Below, piece after piece: positions 1 through 9,105 of a DNA stretch of 64,000 bases. Location: NCBI GenBank assembly GCA_002482525.1, contig DLGC01000010.1, forward strand, positions 10,834 to 74,833, given 5' to 3'. A model generated the notes under the pieces. It did not search any database. It was given only the letters and a program-made list of their open reading frames with translations, and was not told the DNA's origin. Position 1 is the stretch's first letter, and each line of letters starts with the position of its first letter. This DNA is from Propionibacteriaceae bacterium UBA7704. Lineage in GTDB: Bacteria > Actinomycetota > Actinomycetes > Propionibacteriales > Propionibacteriaceae. Both the position numbers and the translations under genes were made by a program.

Positions 1-241
1 CGGCATGCGGTGCCCGCAACACTCCGAAAACGCGTTCCAACCCATCGGCGTCGACGACATCGCGGACACCTACCAGATCGAGATTGCAGGCCGGAACTCG
101 CACTACCAGATCATTCTGGCCAACGATGCGCAAGACGAGGTAAAGCTTGTCTTCGCCTTTGATCGTTCGAGTTTCCAGGGCTTCGATGACTGCTGCGCCA
201 TGATTGGGGTAGACCACGGTCTCACCGATTGTGAACGTCAT
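1..241 (-). CDS. carD: CarD/CdnL-family RNA-polymerase-binding regulator, N-terminal part only (gene runs off the window start)
   Basis: Absent from the ORF track because it has no stop in the window. Minus-strand ATG at 241-239 follows GGAAAGG. Hand translation [79 protein letters not shown] matches the conserved CarD N-terminal domain as I remember it. Confidence 0.85.
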   Translation of the reverse strand, partial: MTFTIGETVVYPNHGAAVIEALETRTIKGEDKLYLVLRIVGQNDLVVRVPACNLDLVGVRDVVDADGLERVFGVLRAPHA

Positions 242-446
242 ATCAGCGTTTACCACCTTTCCCGACTACCAAGTCTAGCACTTTGTAGGGGCTCCCCGAA
301 AGGCATCAATCCTAGCCAGAAGACCATTTCCGGGGTTGACAGCAGGACACATCTATGCCTCCCGGGAGGCCTACGCCAGTCCCTCACTCGTCAAATTACA
401 CATCCAATCGCAAGCACTCCAACTCTCGGCAGTGGGGCCTCACAAG

Positions 447-493
447 CGCAAAAACAGTTGGGTGGACACGGCCTTCCGCCGCGTCCACCCAAC
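447..493 (-). terminator. Intrinsic terminator downstream of fruA
   Basis: Perfect 11-bp inverted repeat GTTGGGTGGAC (457-467) / GTCCACCCAAC (483-493) with a 15-nt loop. On the minus strand a TTTTT run (plus-strand AAAAA 450-454) follows the stem within 3 nt. The stem lies 24 nt past the fruA stop (517-519). Confidence 0.6.
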
Positions 494-516
494 CCATTTG
501 GCGGTGGTTCAGTTGA

Positions 517-2595
517 TCATGCTGCGATCTGCACCTGCTTGGCAGGGAACACCGTCTTTGCCGCAATAACCAGTGTTGCGGCCACCAACACTCCGGCGAT
601 CAGGCTGATCAAGAAGCCCGCGATGGCCCACGGCAGCGGACTGAAGGCGAAGAGCACAAAGATGCCACCATGAGGCGCCCGCAGGCCCACCCCGAGTGCC
701 ATGCTCAACGCACCGGTGACCGCGCCTCCGGCCATCATGGAGGGAATCACGCGCAGCGGATCGGCGGCGGCAAACGGGATCGCGCCCTCAGAGATGAATG
801 AAGCACCCAGCAGCCACGCCGCTGCTCCATTCTCGCGCTCGACGTCGGTGAACAGGTTCTTGCGGACCACTGTGGCCAGTGCCATCGCCAACGGCGGCAC
901 CATGCCTGCGGCCATCACGGCGGCCATCACCTGGAAGTTCGCCGTCAACCCGGCAGATAGGCCTGCCGTTGCAAACAGATACGCCGCCTTGTTGACCGGG
1001 CCGCCCAGGTCGAAACACATCATCAGACCGAGCAAAGCCCCCAGCAGGATCGCCGAACCGCCCGACAAGCCAGAAAGTCCGTCTTGCATGGCTTGGGTGA
1101 GGCTGGCCAAGGGGTGCCCCAGCAGGAAGTACATCAAGGCGCCGGTAATGAAGGTGACCACCAGCGGGATGATCACCACCGGCATCAATCCGGCCAGCCA
1201 ACGCGGTGCGCGCCGTTCCGCCAACCACGCTGCCAGCACACCCGCGATCAGACCGGTGATCAGACCGCCCAGGAAACCCGCACCCAAGGTCACCGAAATG
1301 GCACCGCCGACAAAACCGGGGGCAATGCCAGGACGCCCGGCCAGCGCATAGGCGATGTAGCCGCTCAGCGCAGGCACCAGGAAACCGAAGGCGGCCGCCC
1401 CGACGGCGAACATGACCGCCCCCAACGTCATGATGAAGCCCGCAGGCATCGCCGAAATGGTGGACTGGGCCAGCACCAAGGCTCCGATCGAGCTGCCTGC
1501 ACTCACCCCCGCCTGGCAGGTGTCAGCACTCATCCAGGTCAACTCAGCGCAGCTGCGCGCACCATTGACCCCAGGCACCAGTGCGATGTCGAAGCCACCG
1601 AACAGGAAGCCGAGCGCGATCAGCAGGCCACCGGCAGCCACGAACGGGATCATGTAGGACACACCGGTCATCAGCGCGGTCTGGATTCGGCGCCCCCAGC
1701 CCTGCTTGGCTGCCGCGCTCGCGGTGGGTGCCGATGACGCTGACGAAGCCGAACCCTCGACCCGGGCCGCCGCCGGATTGTTCATTGCCGCCAGTGCTTC
1801 AGCCACCAGCTTGTCCGGTTCGTTGATGCCTCGCTTCACACTGCCCTCGATCACCGGCAGACCAGCGAATCTCTCGCGATCTCGAACCGGCAGGTCAGCG
1901 GCGAAGATGGCAGCATCTGCACCGGCAATGACCTGCGGATCCAGCCAGTCGATGCGTCCGGAGCCTTGCGGTTCGACGTGAATCTCTACTCCGGCAGCCT
2001 TGGCCGCCTGTTCGAGACCGTCGGCAGCCATGAACGTGTGGGCGATGCCGGTCGGGCAGGAGGTGACCGCCACCAACACGGGGGTCTTCGCGTCGGAGGT
2101 CGGGGTCGCCTGGTTCGCCGATTCCGGCTGGCTGCTGGTTGCTTCGGCGACCAGGTCGACCACCTCCTGCGGGGAGCGGGCACTACGCAAAGCGTCGGTG
2201 AAGTCACTGCGCATCAGAGATCGGGCCAGCATGGCCAGCAGCTCCAGGTGCGCGTCATCAGAGCCCTCCGAAGCAGCGATCATGAAGACCAGATCGGCCG
2301 GGCCGTCGGCTGCACCGAAGTCCACCGGCGGCTGCAATCGGGCAAAGGCGACCGAGTTGGTGGTGACAGCAGCCGACCGGCAGTGCGGAATTGCGATTCC
2401 GTTGCCGAGGCCGGTTGCCATCTTCTCTTCCCGGCTCAACGCGTCGGCGGCGAGTCCGGCCGCATCCGCGCGGTCGCCGGCTCCTACAACCTCGGCAAGA
2501 GCAGTGATCACCTCGGTCTTGGTGGCACCGAGGTCAGCGTCCAGGCGCACGAGATCTGCGCTGATCAAAGGGGCGGGTTGCTGTGGAGACATCAT
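517..2595 (-). CDS. fruA: PTS fructose-family EIIABC component
   Basis: ORF 517..3024 trimmed to the ATGATG at 2595, which has a GGAAGGA SD upstream; the longer N-terminus overlaps fruK out of frame. EIIA-type-2 motif GNGIAIPHCR, EIIB Cys motif VTSCPTGIAHTFMAA, and a long multi-TM EIIC C-terminus. Confidence 0.9.
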   Translation of the reverse strand: MMSPQQPAPLISADLVRLDADLGATKTEVITALAEVVGAGDRADAAGLAADALSREEKMATGLGNGIAIPHCRSAAVTTNSVAFARLQPPVDFGAADGPADLVFMIAASEGSDDAHLELLAMLARSLMRSDFTDALRSARSPQEVVDLVAEATSSQPESANQATPTSDAKTPVLVAVTSCPTGIAHTFMAADGLEQAAKAAGVEIHVEPQGSGRIDWLDPQVIAGADAAIFAADLPVRDRERFAGLPVIEGSVKRGINEPDKLVAEALAAMNNPAAARVEGSASSASSAPTASAAAKQGWGRRIQTALMTGVSYMIPFVAAGGLLIALGFLFGGFDIALVPGVNGARSCAELTWMSADTCQAGVSAGSSIGALVLAQSTISAMPAGFIMTLGAVMFAVGAAAFGFLVPALSGYIAYALAGRPGIAPGFVGGAISVTLGAGFLGGLITGLIAGVLAAWLAERRAPRWLAGLMPVVIIPLVVTFITGALMYFLLGHPLASLTQAMQDGLSGLSGGSAILLGALLGLMMCFDLGGPVNKAAYLFATAGLSAGLTANFQVMAAVMAAGMVPPLAMALATVVRKNLFTDVERENGAAAWLLGASFISEGAIPFAAADPLRVIPSMMAGGAVTGALSMALGVGLRAPHGGIFVLFAFSPLPWAIAGFLISLIAGVLVAATLVIAAKTVFPAKQVQIAA

Positions 2596-2623
2596 CGTTC
2601 CTTCCAATAGGGCAGTTGCTGCG

Positions 2624-3583
2624 TCAGGCCAGCGCGGTGACCTGAACCGCGGCGGGATCAAGTTGATCGGGTCGGGGAAGCTGAGTTCCGGCAAGGGCTG
2701 CGGCAGCCGAGCCATGGGCGATGGCTTGACGAAGCCGCTCAGGTTCGGCCAGGCCTCGCGTCTCGGCCAGGATGTAGCCGGCGACCGACGAATCGCCGGC
2801 ACCGACGGTGCTGCGCACGGTGATCGGAGCCGGTGAGCCCCACCAAGAACCGGTGCCGGTGACGAGCACCGCGCCAGCAGCGCCGAGGGTGACCAGCACA
2901 GCAGCAACGCCGGCTTCAACCAGGGTTCGAGCCGCCGCAACGCTGAGACTGGGGTCACCCGCGGCGGCTCCGGCTTCAAGGGCCACGGGATCAGCCCCCG
3001 TGAGCTGGGCCAGCTCGAAGGCATTGGGCTTGATCAGATCCGGGGCAGCCTGATCGAAGCTGGCCGCGAGCACCTGCAGCGGCGCATCGGAGGTGTCCAC
3101 GGCGATCCGGCAGCCCCACGGACGCAGCGCGCGAACAAGCTGGGCATACCAGTCGACCGGGACGCCCGGGGGCAGCGACCCGGAGAGCACAACCCAATCG
3201 GCGCGCTCGGATTCCAGCACCAACAGCCGAGCCAGAGCCTCCACCGTCTCGCCGGCCAGTTCCGGACCGGACTCGTTGATCTTGGTCGTGGTGCCGTCCG
3301 GCTCAGTCAAGGCGAGATTGGTGCGCACCGGGGCACCGAGGCGGACCGTGCGGTAGGGCAGGTCGAGAGCGTCCAGGCCTCGCAGAATCGGATCGTTGGC
3401 GTCGGCGGGCAGTACCGCGCGCACCGGATGCCCGGCGCTGTGCACCACGCGGGCGACGTTGATGCCCTTGCCGCCCGGCTCGACGGTGACGGACTCAGCG
3501 CGTTGCACCTCACCGCGCTGCAGCGGTGCGCCGAGAGTCACGGTGCGATCCAAGGACGGGTTCGCGGTCAGCGTGACGATCAT
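2624..3583 (-). CDS. fruK: 1-phosphofructokinase (PfkB/ribokinase family)
   Basis: N-terminus MIVTLTANPSLDRT, GGKGINVAR, and the C-terminal VGAGDSSVAGY anion-hole motif. The start forms an ATGA overlap with the fruR stop (3580-3583). Sits between fruR and fruA. Confidence 0.9.
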   Translation of the reverse strand: MIVTLTANPSLDRTVTLGAPLQRGEVQRAESVTVEPGGKGINVARVVHSAGHPVRAVLPADANDPILRGLDALDLPYRTVRLGAPVRTNLALTEPDGTTTKINESGPELAGETVEALARLLVLESERADWVVLSGSLPPGVPVDWYAQLVRALRPWGCRIAVDTSDAPLQVLAASFDQAAPDLIKPNAFELAQLTGADPVALEAGAAAGDPSLSVAAARTLVEAGVAAVLVTLGAAGAVLVTGTGSWWGSPAPITVRSTVGAGDSSVAGYILAETRGLAEPERLRQAIAHGSAAAALAGTQLPRPDQLDPAAVQVTALA

Positions 3584-4344
3584 GCGATCACCACCTCCAC
3601 ACCTGCCGCTTCCAGTTCGGTGCGGTCCCCAGGAGTGATTTCGCCATCGGTGATGAGCACGTCGATGTCGGAAACTGCCGCGAAGGCGACCAGGAGTTCG
3701 GCACCGATCTTGGAACTGTCGGCCAGCACGATCACCTGCTTCGCCGCACCCACCATGGCGCGCTTGACGGCAGCCTCCTCCGGGTCAGGCGTGGACAAGC
3801 CGTGAGCGACCGACAACCCGTTGACGCCGATGAATGCGACATCGCAGCGCAGCGTCGAGAGCGCCGCCACGGTTTCAGCACCCACGGCTGCACCGGTGAT
3901 ACCTCGGACGCGCCCACCCAGCAGTTGGAGGCTGATTCCGCTGGCGATCAGTTTCCCTGCCACGGGAACTGACCCGGTGATCACCGTCCGGGCGGAATCC
4001 GGTGTCAGCATCGCTGCCAACCGGGCAGTGGTGGTACCGGCATCCACCAGCAGTGAGCCGGTCGGACCGGGCAGGAACTCCATCGCTGCCGCGGCGATTC
4101 GACTCTTCTGTGAGGCACGGGCGGGTTCCCGATCGGCCAGTCCGGTCTCGGTCAGGGCAACGTTCTCAGCGACAACCGCGCCGCCGTGGACCCTGCGCAG
4201 CACGCCTTGGTCGTTCAAGAAGTCCAGATCCCGGCGAATGGTCTCGGTCGTGACGTCGAACTGCCGGGCCAGTCCGGCCACCGAAACCCGGCCCTTCTGG
4301 CGAGCCAGATCGAAGATCCCGCGCTGACGCTCCGCTGCGTACAT
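3580..4344 (-). CDS. fruR: DeoR-family transcriptional repressor of the fructose operon
   Basis: N-terminal wHTH (VSVAGLARQFDVTTETIRRDL) and a DeoR C-terminal sensor domain. Start placed at ATG 4344 (GGGAGAG SD 5 nt upstream) rather than the ORF-track ATG at 4365. Confidence 0.85.
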   Translation of the reverse strand: MYAAERQRGIFDLARQKGRVSVAGLARQFDVTTETIRRDLDFLNDQGVLRRVHGGAVVAENVALTETGLADREPARASQKSRIAAAAMEFLPGPTGSLLVDAGTTTARLAAMLTPDSARTVITGSVPVAGKLIASGISLQLLGGRVRGITGAAVGAETVAALSTLRCDVAFIGVNGLSVAHGLSTPDPEEAAVKRAMVGAAKQVIVLADSSKIGAELLVAFAAVSDIDVLITDGEITPGDRTELEAAGVEVVIA

Positions 4345-4383
4345 AGGTACTCTCCCAACCAACATCCATGTTGTAATACCTTG

Positions 4384-4444
4384 TTTTACTTGGTATCAAC
4401 TGGAATTGCAAGACCCTTGGGCAGATCCTTGTGGTTTTACTTGG
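4384..4444 (-). promoter_or_regulatory. Candidate fru promoter/operator: two copies of TTTTACTTGG (minus strand CCAAGTAAAA)
   Basis: The exact 10-mer TTTTACTTGG occurs at 4384-4393 and 4435-4444, 51 bp apart, in an AT-richer stretch directly upstream of fruR. The proximal copy lies between minus-strand TTGATA and TATTAC hexamers. Confidence 0.3.
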
Positions 4445-4525
4445 CTATTCTTGGTCTGGCTGGTGTGGAACCGCGCCACGGACCAGCCGTCCGATGAGAG
4501 AGACGGCTGCAGTCACTGCCCGGGC

Positions 4526-5476
4526 TCAGCCGTAGGTGACCTCATTGGAGAACAGGCCGGAGACTGACTCCCCGCAGTTGATGCGACGCACAGCCTCGGC
4601 GAACAGCGGTGCCACCGACACGGTGGTGAGGCGATCCAATCCCTGGGGGCCGGGAACGGTGTTGGTCGTCACGATCTCGTGGATGTCGGGAACCGCATTC
4701 AGACGCTCCACGGCTTTGCCGGAGAACAGACCGTGGGTGCAGGCCACCGAGATGGACTTCACGTTGTAGCCGCGAACCGTGGCGATCAGCTCCACCACCG
4801 ATCCCGCAGTGGCGATTTCATCGTCGAGGATGATGACATCCTTGCCGCCGATCTTTCCCACGATCGAGTCGATCACGACTCGATCATCGGCCAGGCGACG
4901 CTTGGAGCCCGCAGCCATACCAACACCGAGCATCCGCGCGAACTGGTTGGCCTCCTTCGCATTCCCGAAGTCGGGAGACACCACCACGGTGTTGCTCAAG
5001 TCACGATTGCGGAAGTGGTCGGCCAGCACCGGGAGGGCGGTCAGATGATCGACCGGCACCGAGAAGAAGCCGTGCACCTGCTGAGCGTGGAGTGCCATCG
5101 TGAGCACTCGGTGAGCACCAGCGGTGTTGATCAGGTCGGCGACCAGGCGGCCACCGATACTGATGCGCGGTGCGTCCTTCTTGTCGGAGCGGGCGTAGGC
5201 GTAGTGCGGCATGACGACGGTGACGTGGGCTGCCGAGGCACCGCGAGCCGCGTCAACCATCATCAGCAGCTCCATCAGGTTCTCCTGGGTCGGTGGCACC
5301 AGGGGCTGCACGATGTAGACATCGCGTTGCCGACAGTTGGCGCGCAACTGCACCTGGAGGCAGTCGTTGGAGAACCGTGAAAGTCTCGACGGCGACAGCT
5401 CCACGCCGAGGAGAGTGCACATCTCCTCGGCGAAAGCGGTGTGTGCATGGCCGGAGAACACAGTAATGTCCGTCAC
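4526..5476 (-). CDS. prs: Ribose-phosphate pyrophosphokinase (PRPP synthetase)
   Basis: GTG start at 5476. Collinear with Prs: RFSNDCLQVQL, MELLMMVDAARGASA, VVSPDFGNAKEA, and the PRPP loop IILDDEIATAGS. Confidence 0.85.
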   Translation of the reverse strand: MTDITVFSGHAHTAFAEEMCTLLGVELSPSRLSRFSNDCLQVQLRANCRQRDVYIVQPLVPPTQENLMELLMMVDAARGASAAHVTVVMPHYAYARSDKKDAPRISIGGRLVADLINTAGAHRVLTMALHAQQVHGFFSVPVDHLTALPVLADHFRNRDLSNTVVVSPDFGNAKEANQFARMLGVGMAAGSKRRLADDRVVIDSIVGKIGGKDVIILDDEIATAGSVVELIATVRGYNVKSISVACTHGLFSGKAVERLNAVPDIHEIVTTNTVPGPQGLDRLTTVSVAPLFAEAVRRINCGESVSGLFSNEVTYG

Positions 5477-5548
5477 GGCGGGTAACCCTAGCTCGCTATA
5501 GCGGCCCGATCACAGCCGCAGCATTCGGCGAGACGCCGCACCCGGTGC

Positions 5549-6226
5549 TCAGGCGTTGAATTTGTAGCCCAGTCCGCGAACCGTCACCAGCAGATCGGGA
5601 TTGGCCGGATCGACTTCGAGCTTGGCTCGCAACCGTTTCACATGCACATCGAGAGTCTTGGTGTCGCCGACATAGTCGGGGCCCCACACCCGATCGATCA
5701 GTTGACCGCGGGTCAGCACCCGCCCGGAGTTCCGCAACAGCAGCTCCAGCAGTTCGAACTCCTTCAATGCCAACTGCACCGGTTCACCGCGGACGGTGAG
5801 TTCGTGCCGTTCGACATCCATGCGAACCCCGCTGGCCTCGATCACGTCGGAGATCAACTCGACCTCCTGCCCGCGACGCAGCACCGCGCGGATCCGCGCC
5901 ACCAGTTCCCGATGGCTGAACGGTTTGGTCACATAATCATCGGCCCCCAACTCCAGGCCGACCACCTTGTCGATCTCGGAGTCACGCGCGGTCACCATGA
6001 TGATCGGGACACTACCCCGGGTCCTGAGCTGGCGGCACACCTCGGTGCCGGACAGTCCCGGCATCATCAGGTCCAACAGCACAATGTCGGCGCCGCCTCG
6101 GTCGTAGGCAGCCAGACCGCTGGCACCGTCACCGGCCGCCGCCACCTCGAAGCCTTCCTTCTGGAGCAGGAAAGCCAGCGTCTCGCGGTAGCTTTCCTCG
6201 TCCTCAATGATGAGTACCTTGGTCAT
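5549..6226 (-). CDS. regX3: OmpR/PhoB-family response regulator (RegX3/PhoP-like)
   Basis: Receiver domain (KVLIIEDEES, LLDLMMPGLSG, IIMVTAR, VTKPF) plus a winged helix (LTRGQLIDRVWG, LDVHVKRLRAKLE). Start trimmed to ATG 6226, which forms an ATGA overlap with the kinase stop. Confidence 0.9.
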   Translation of the reverse strand: MTKVLIIEDEESYRETLAFLLQKEGFEVAAAGDGASGLAAYDRGGADIVLLDLMMPGLSGTEVCRQLRTRGSVPIIMVTARDSEIDKVVGLELGADDYVTKPFSHRELVARIRAVLRRGQEVELISDVIEASGVRMDVERHELTVRGEPVQLALKEFELLELLLRNSGRVLTRGQLIDRVWGPDYVGDTKTLDVHVKRLRAKLEVDPANPDLLVTVRGLGYKFNA

Positions 6227-7344
6227 TTCTGATCGTCGTCCTTCCTGATGGGCAGCCGGAGGGTGAATGTCGATCCCTGCCCGGCCCGGCTCCACACGGT
6301 CACTTCGCCGCCATGAGCCACTGCGACGTGCTTCACGATCGATAGCCCCAGCCCGGTTCCACCACTGGCCCGGCTTCGATCGGCGTCCACTCGGAAGAAG
6401 CGCTCGAAGATGCGCTTCTGGTCTTCTTCACTGATACCGATTCCGTTGTCGGAGACCCGGATCGCCACCATCTGGTCGGCATCGGTGGCACTGGTGACGG
6501 CCACCCGCGCACCCGGCTCGGAGTAGGCGATGGCGTTCTGAACCAGATTGGTGACCGCAGTCTCCAACTCCTCAGCATCGCCAACCACCATGAGACCGTA
6601 CTCAGCCTGCACCGACACACTGATCTGGCCGGCCTCGGCCAACTGCCGACAGCGCGCCACCGCCGATTCCAGAACCTGGCTGATCACCACCTCGGTGGCG
6701 CTCAACATGGGGTCATCGGATTGCAGCCGCGACAACGCGATGATCTGAGACACCAGTTCGTTGAGGCGTCCGGTCTCCTTGGCCAGCTTGGCCAAGAACA
6801 TGTGGACGGCTTCCGGATCGTCAGCAGCACTGTCGGCAGCCTCGGCCAGCAAGCCGATGGCCCCAATCGGTGTCTTGAGCTCATGACTGATGTTGGCCAC
6901 GAAGTCGCGACGGGTCTCACTGAAGCGCAGATCTTCGGAGCGATCCTCCCCGATGATCACCGCAGCACCATTGCTCAGCGGGACCGCTCTGATGGCGAGG
7001 TGGATCGGTTCGCCGCGGGGCCCGTTCACCCGCATCTCACTTTCGAGCGCCCGCTCCTGGCGGCGGGCATCGGTGAGCAGGTCGACCACGGCCTGCGGAC
7101 CCAGCGAGGACCCGCGCGCCATGCCGAGATTCTTGGCGAAATCGGAGGCAGCCAACACATAATCGGCCTCGGTGACCACGATGACGGCCGCGCGCATGGG
7201 TTGCAGAATCTCGCCGAGATGGTGTCGATTCACGATCTGGCCACGGGCTTTCTGCGCGGCCCGTCGAACCATGAGCCAGACAGTCAAGGTCCCCAGGCCT
7301 GCGCCGAGCACAAACCCAAGCAGGGCCGGTGCATAGGGCGTCAT
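6223..7344 (-). CDS. senX3: Sensor histidine kinase (SenX3/PhoR-like)
   Basis: N-terminal TM segment, H-box FVANISHELKTP, N-box LVQNAIAYS, G-boxes SDNGIGI and GGTGLGLSIV. Lies upstream of the response regulator and is translationally coupled to it. Confidence 0.9.
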   Translation of the reverse strand: MTPYAPALLGFVLGAGLGTLTVWLMVRRAAQKARGQIVNRHHLGEILQPMRAAVIVVTEADYVLAASDFAKNLGMARGSSLGPQAVVDLLTDARRQERALESEMRVNGPRGEPIHLAIRAVPLSNGAAVIIGEDRSEDLRFSETRRDFVANISHELKTPIGAIGLLAEAADSAADDPEAVHMFLAKLAKETGRLNELVSQIIALSRLQSDDPMLSATEVVISQVLESAVARCRQLAEAGQISVSVQAEYGLMVVGDAEELETAVTNLVQNAIAYSEPGARVAVTSATDADQMVAIRVSDNGIGISEEDQKRIFERFFRVDADRSRASGGTGLGLSIVKHVAVAHGGEVTVWSRAGQGSTFTLRLPIRKDDDQK

Positions 7345-7415
7345 GGTTGGAGTCTATGGGTGCCCAGCGCCCTAATTCTCCAAGAATTCAGCTTTCCCAA
7401 AGGCCTTGGCTGAAC

Positions 7416-7448
7416 TTTCACCGACTGTTCACCTTCCGTTCGGCTAAG
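7416..7448 (+). promoter_or_regulatory. PHO-box-like array of three contiguous 11-nt direct repeat units
   Basis: TTTCACCGACT (7416-7426), GTTCACCTTCC (7427-7437) and GTTCGGCTAAG (7438-7448), in the 200-bp divergent region between the kinase gene and phoU. The GTTCACC core and 11-nt period match the Streptomyces PhoP PHO box as I recall it. Confidence 0.5.
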
Positions 7449-7544
7449 TGCCGATTACCCCGCGCACTGGCTACCTAGCCTGAAACGCGTAACAATTACG
7501 CCGCCCGTCCGACCTGGGCCGGCCCGACGATCCGAAAGAAGCAG

Positions 7545-8210
7545 ATGCGCGACAACTACCGCGAAAGCCTGGAGAACGTGGTCACCGAGCTGGTGGAACT
7601 GACTGACCTGGTGCAGGTGGCGGTTCGCGATGCCACCAAAGCGCTGCTGGATGCCGACCTGGCGACTGCGGAGAAGGTGATTTCGGCCGATTCCGAAATC
7701 GACGCTCGCCACGACGCCCTCGAGGCCCAGTGCTTCTCGCTGCTGGCCCGTCAAGCTCCGGTCGCCGGCGAACTGCGCACAGTGGTCGCCGCGCTGCGTA
7801 TGATCGCCGACCTGGCTCGCATGGGCGATCTCGCTGCCCATGTGGCCAAGATCGCCCGGCTGCGCTACCCCGAGCATGCGGTTCCCGAACCACTGGTGGG
7901 CAACTTCACCTTGATGGCCCGGGTGGCCGAGGAGATGGTCGGCACCGCCGGTCGCTCACTCAATGAGCGCAATGCCCACGACGCCGGCAAGCTCGCCGAC
8001 AGCGACGAAGAGATGGACGAACTGCGCCGCAGCCAGTTCCGGGTGATTCTGGGCGACAGCTGGAGCCATTCGGTGGAGGCTGCCGTGGACGTGGCGCTGC
8101 TGGGCCGCTACTACGAGCGCATCGCCGATCACGCCGTCATCATGGCCGCCCGCGTCATCTACGTGATCACCGGCCTGCTCCCCGAGGGCGAGAACTGGCC
8201 GTCCGCCTGA
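7545..8210 (+). CDS. phoU: Phosphate-transport system regulatory protein PhoU
   Basis: 221 aa with two PhoU-type helical repeats (DSEIDARHD..., DEEMDELRR..., YYERIADHA). Divergent from the two-component genes. Confidence 0.9.
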   Translation: MRDNYRESLENVVTELVELTDLVQVAVRDATKALLDADLATAEKVISADSEIDARHDALEAQCFSLLARQAPVAGELRTVVAALRMIADLARMGDLAAHVAKIARLRYPEHAVPEPLVGNFTLMARVAEEMVGTAGRSLNERNAHDAGKLADSDEEMDELRRSQFRVILGDSWSHSVEAAVDVALLGRYYERIADHAVIMAARVIYVITGLLPEGENWPSA

Positions 8211-8221
8211 GCTGAAACGCC

Positions 8222-8296
8222 GAGCGCTCCCGATCGGTCATCCGCTCCACCGTGAGGTGGGGCGAGCGACCGAACCGGGAGCGCTCAGTGCTTTTC
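8222..8296. terminator. Bidirectional terminator-like structure between phoU and gpmA (convergent)
   Basis: Outer 11-bp inverted repeat GAGCGCTCCCG (8222-8232) / CGGGAGCGCTC (8276-8286) encloses an inner hairpin CCACC-gtga-GGTGG (8247-8260). CTTTTC follows on the plus strand. Confidence 0.5.
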
Positions 8297-8298
8297 GG

Positions 8299-9048
8299 CT
8301 ACTTCTTGCCCTGGTTCTTGACCGCCTCGATGGCCGCCTTGGCAGCGTCGGGATCGAGGTAGCGGCCCCCGGGGACGGTGGGACGCAGATCGTCGTCGAG
8401 GATGTAGAGCAGCGGGATGCCGGTCGGGATGTTGAGGGCGGCGATATCGGCGTCACTGATGCCGTCCAGATGCTTGACCAGCGCGCGCAGTGAGTTGCCG
8501 TGGGCAACCACCAAGGTGACCTTGCCCAGGCGCAGGTCGGGCACGATCTGGTCGTACCAGTAGGGCAGCATGCGGTCGACCACGTCGGCCAAGCACTCGG
8601 TCAGCGGACGCACCTCCGTGGGCAGATCAGCGTAGCGAGCGTCGTTGAACTGACTGTATTCGTCATCAGGGTCGATCTCGGGCGGCGGGGTGTCATAGGA
8701 ACGACGCCACAGCATGAACTGCTCCTCGCCGAAGGCTTCCAAGGTTTGAGCCTTGTTCTTGCCCTGGAGGGCGCCGTAGTGACGCTCGTTGAGCCGCCAG
8801 GAGCGCTTCACCGGGATCCAGTGCCGATCGCAGCCGTCCAGCGCCAGGTAGGCGGTATGGATGGCACGTCGCAGCACCGAGGTGTGCACCACATCGGGCA
8901 GCAGCCCTTCGGAGGCCAGCAGCTCGGCGCCACGCTTGGCCTCGCCGATGCCCTTCTCATTGATGTCGACATCCACCCAGCCGGTGAACTGGTTGAGAGC
9001 ATTCCACTCGCTCTCACCATGTCGAAGCAGAATCAGCGTTGAAGTCAT
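8299..9048 (-). CDS. gpmA: 2,3-bisphosphoglycerate-dependent phosphoglycerate mutase
   Basis: Catalytic-His motif [12 protein letters not shown], then [11 protein letters not shown] and [11 protein letters not shown]. 249 aa. Confidence 0.95.
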   Translation of the reverse strand: MTSTLILLRHGESEWNALNQFTGWVDVDINEKGIGEAKRGAELLASEGLLPDVVHTSVLRRAIHTAYLALDGCDRHWIPVKRSWRLNERHYGALQGKNKAQTLEAFGEEQFMLWRRSYDTPPPEIDPDDEYSQFNDARYADLPTEVRPLTECLADVVDRMLPYWYDQIVPDLRLGKVTLVVAHGNSLRALVKHLDGISDADIAALNIPTGIPLLYILDDDLRPTVPGGRYLDPDAAKAAIEAVKNQGKK

Positions 9049-9105
9049 GACGCGAGCCTAGCCAGATTCGAAACCGGTGATCGCCGAATCCAAGCCACTG
9101 AGAGA

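Noticed and set aside
5-673. 222-aa plus-strand ORF at the window start
   Set aside because: It is antisense to the clearly recognisable carD N-terminus (1-241). It then crosses an intergenic region and the fruA 3' end. It has no recognisable motifs.
2596-3024. N-terminal extensions of several track ORFs (517..3024, 5549..6295, 15328..16872, 18996..20795, 25842..28901, 37796..39517, 40800..42521, 55190..56833, 62473..63909)
   Set aside because: The extensions overlap the upstream gene in another frame or cross intergenic DNA, and they are Arg/Pro-rich. Internal starts with SD sequences or ATGA/GTGA coupling give N-termini typical of each family.
4503-4533. Hairpin ACGGCTG...CAGCCGT at the prs stop as a terminator
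   Set aside because: It has only a 7-bp stem and a 17-nt loop, overlaps the stop codon, and has no U-tract. This is too weak to call.
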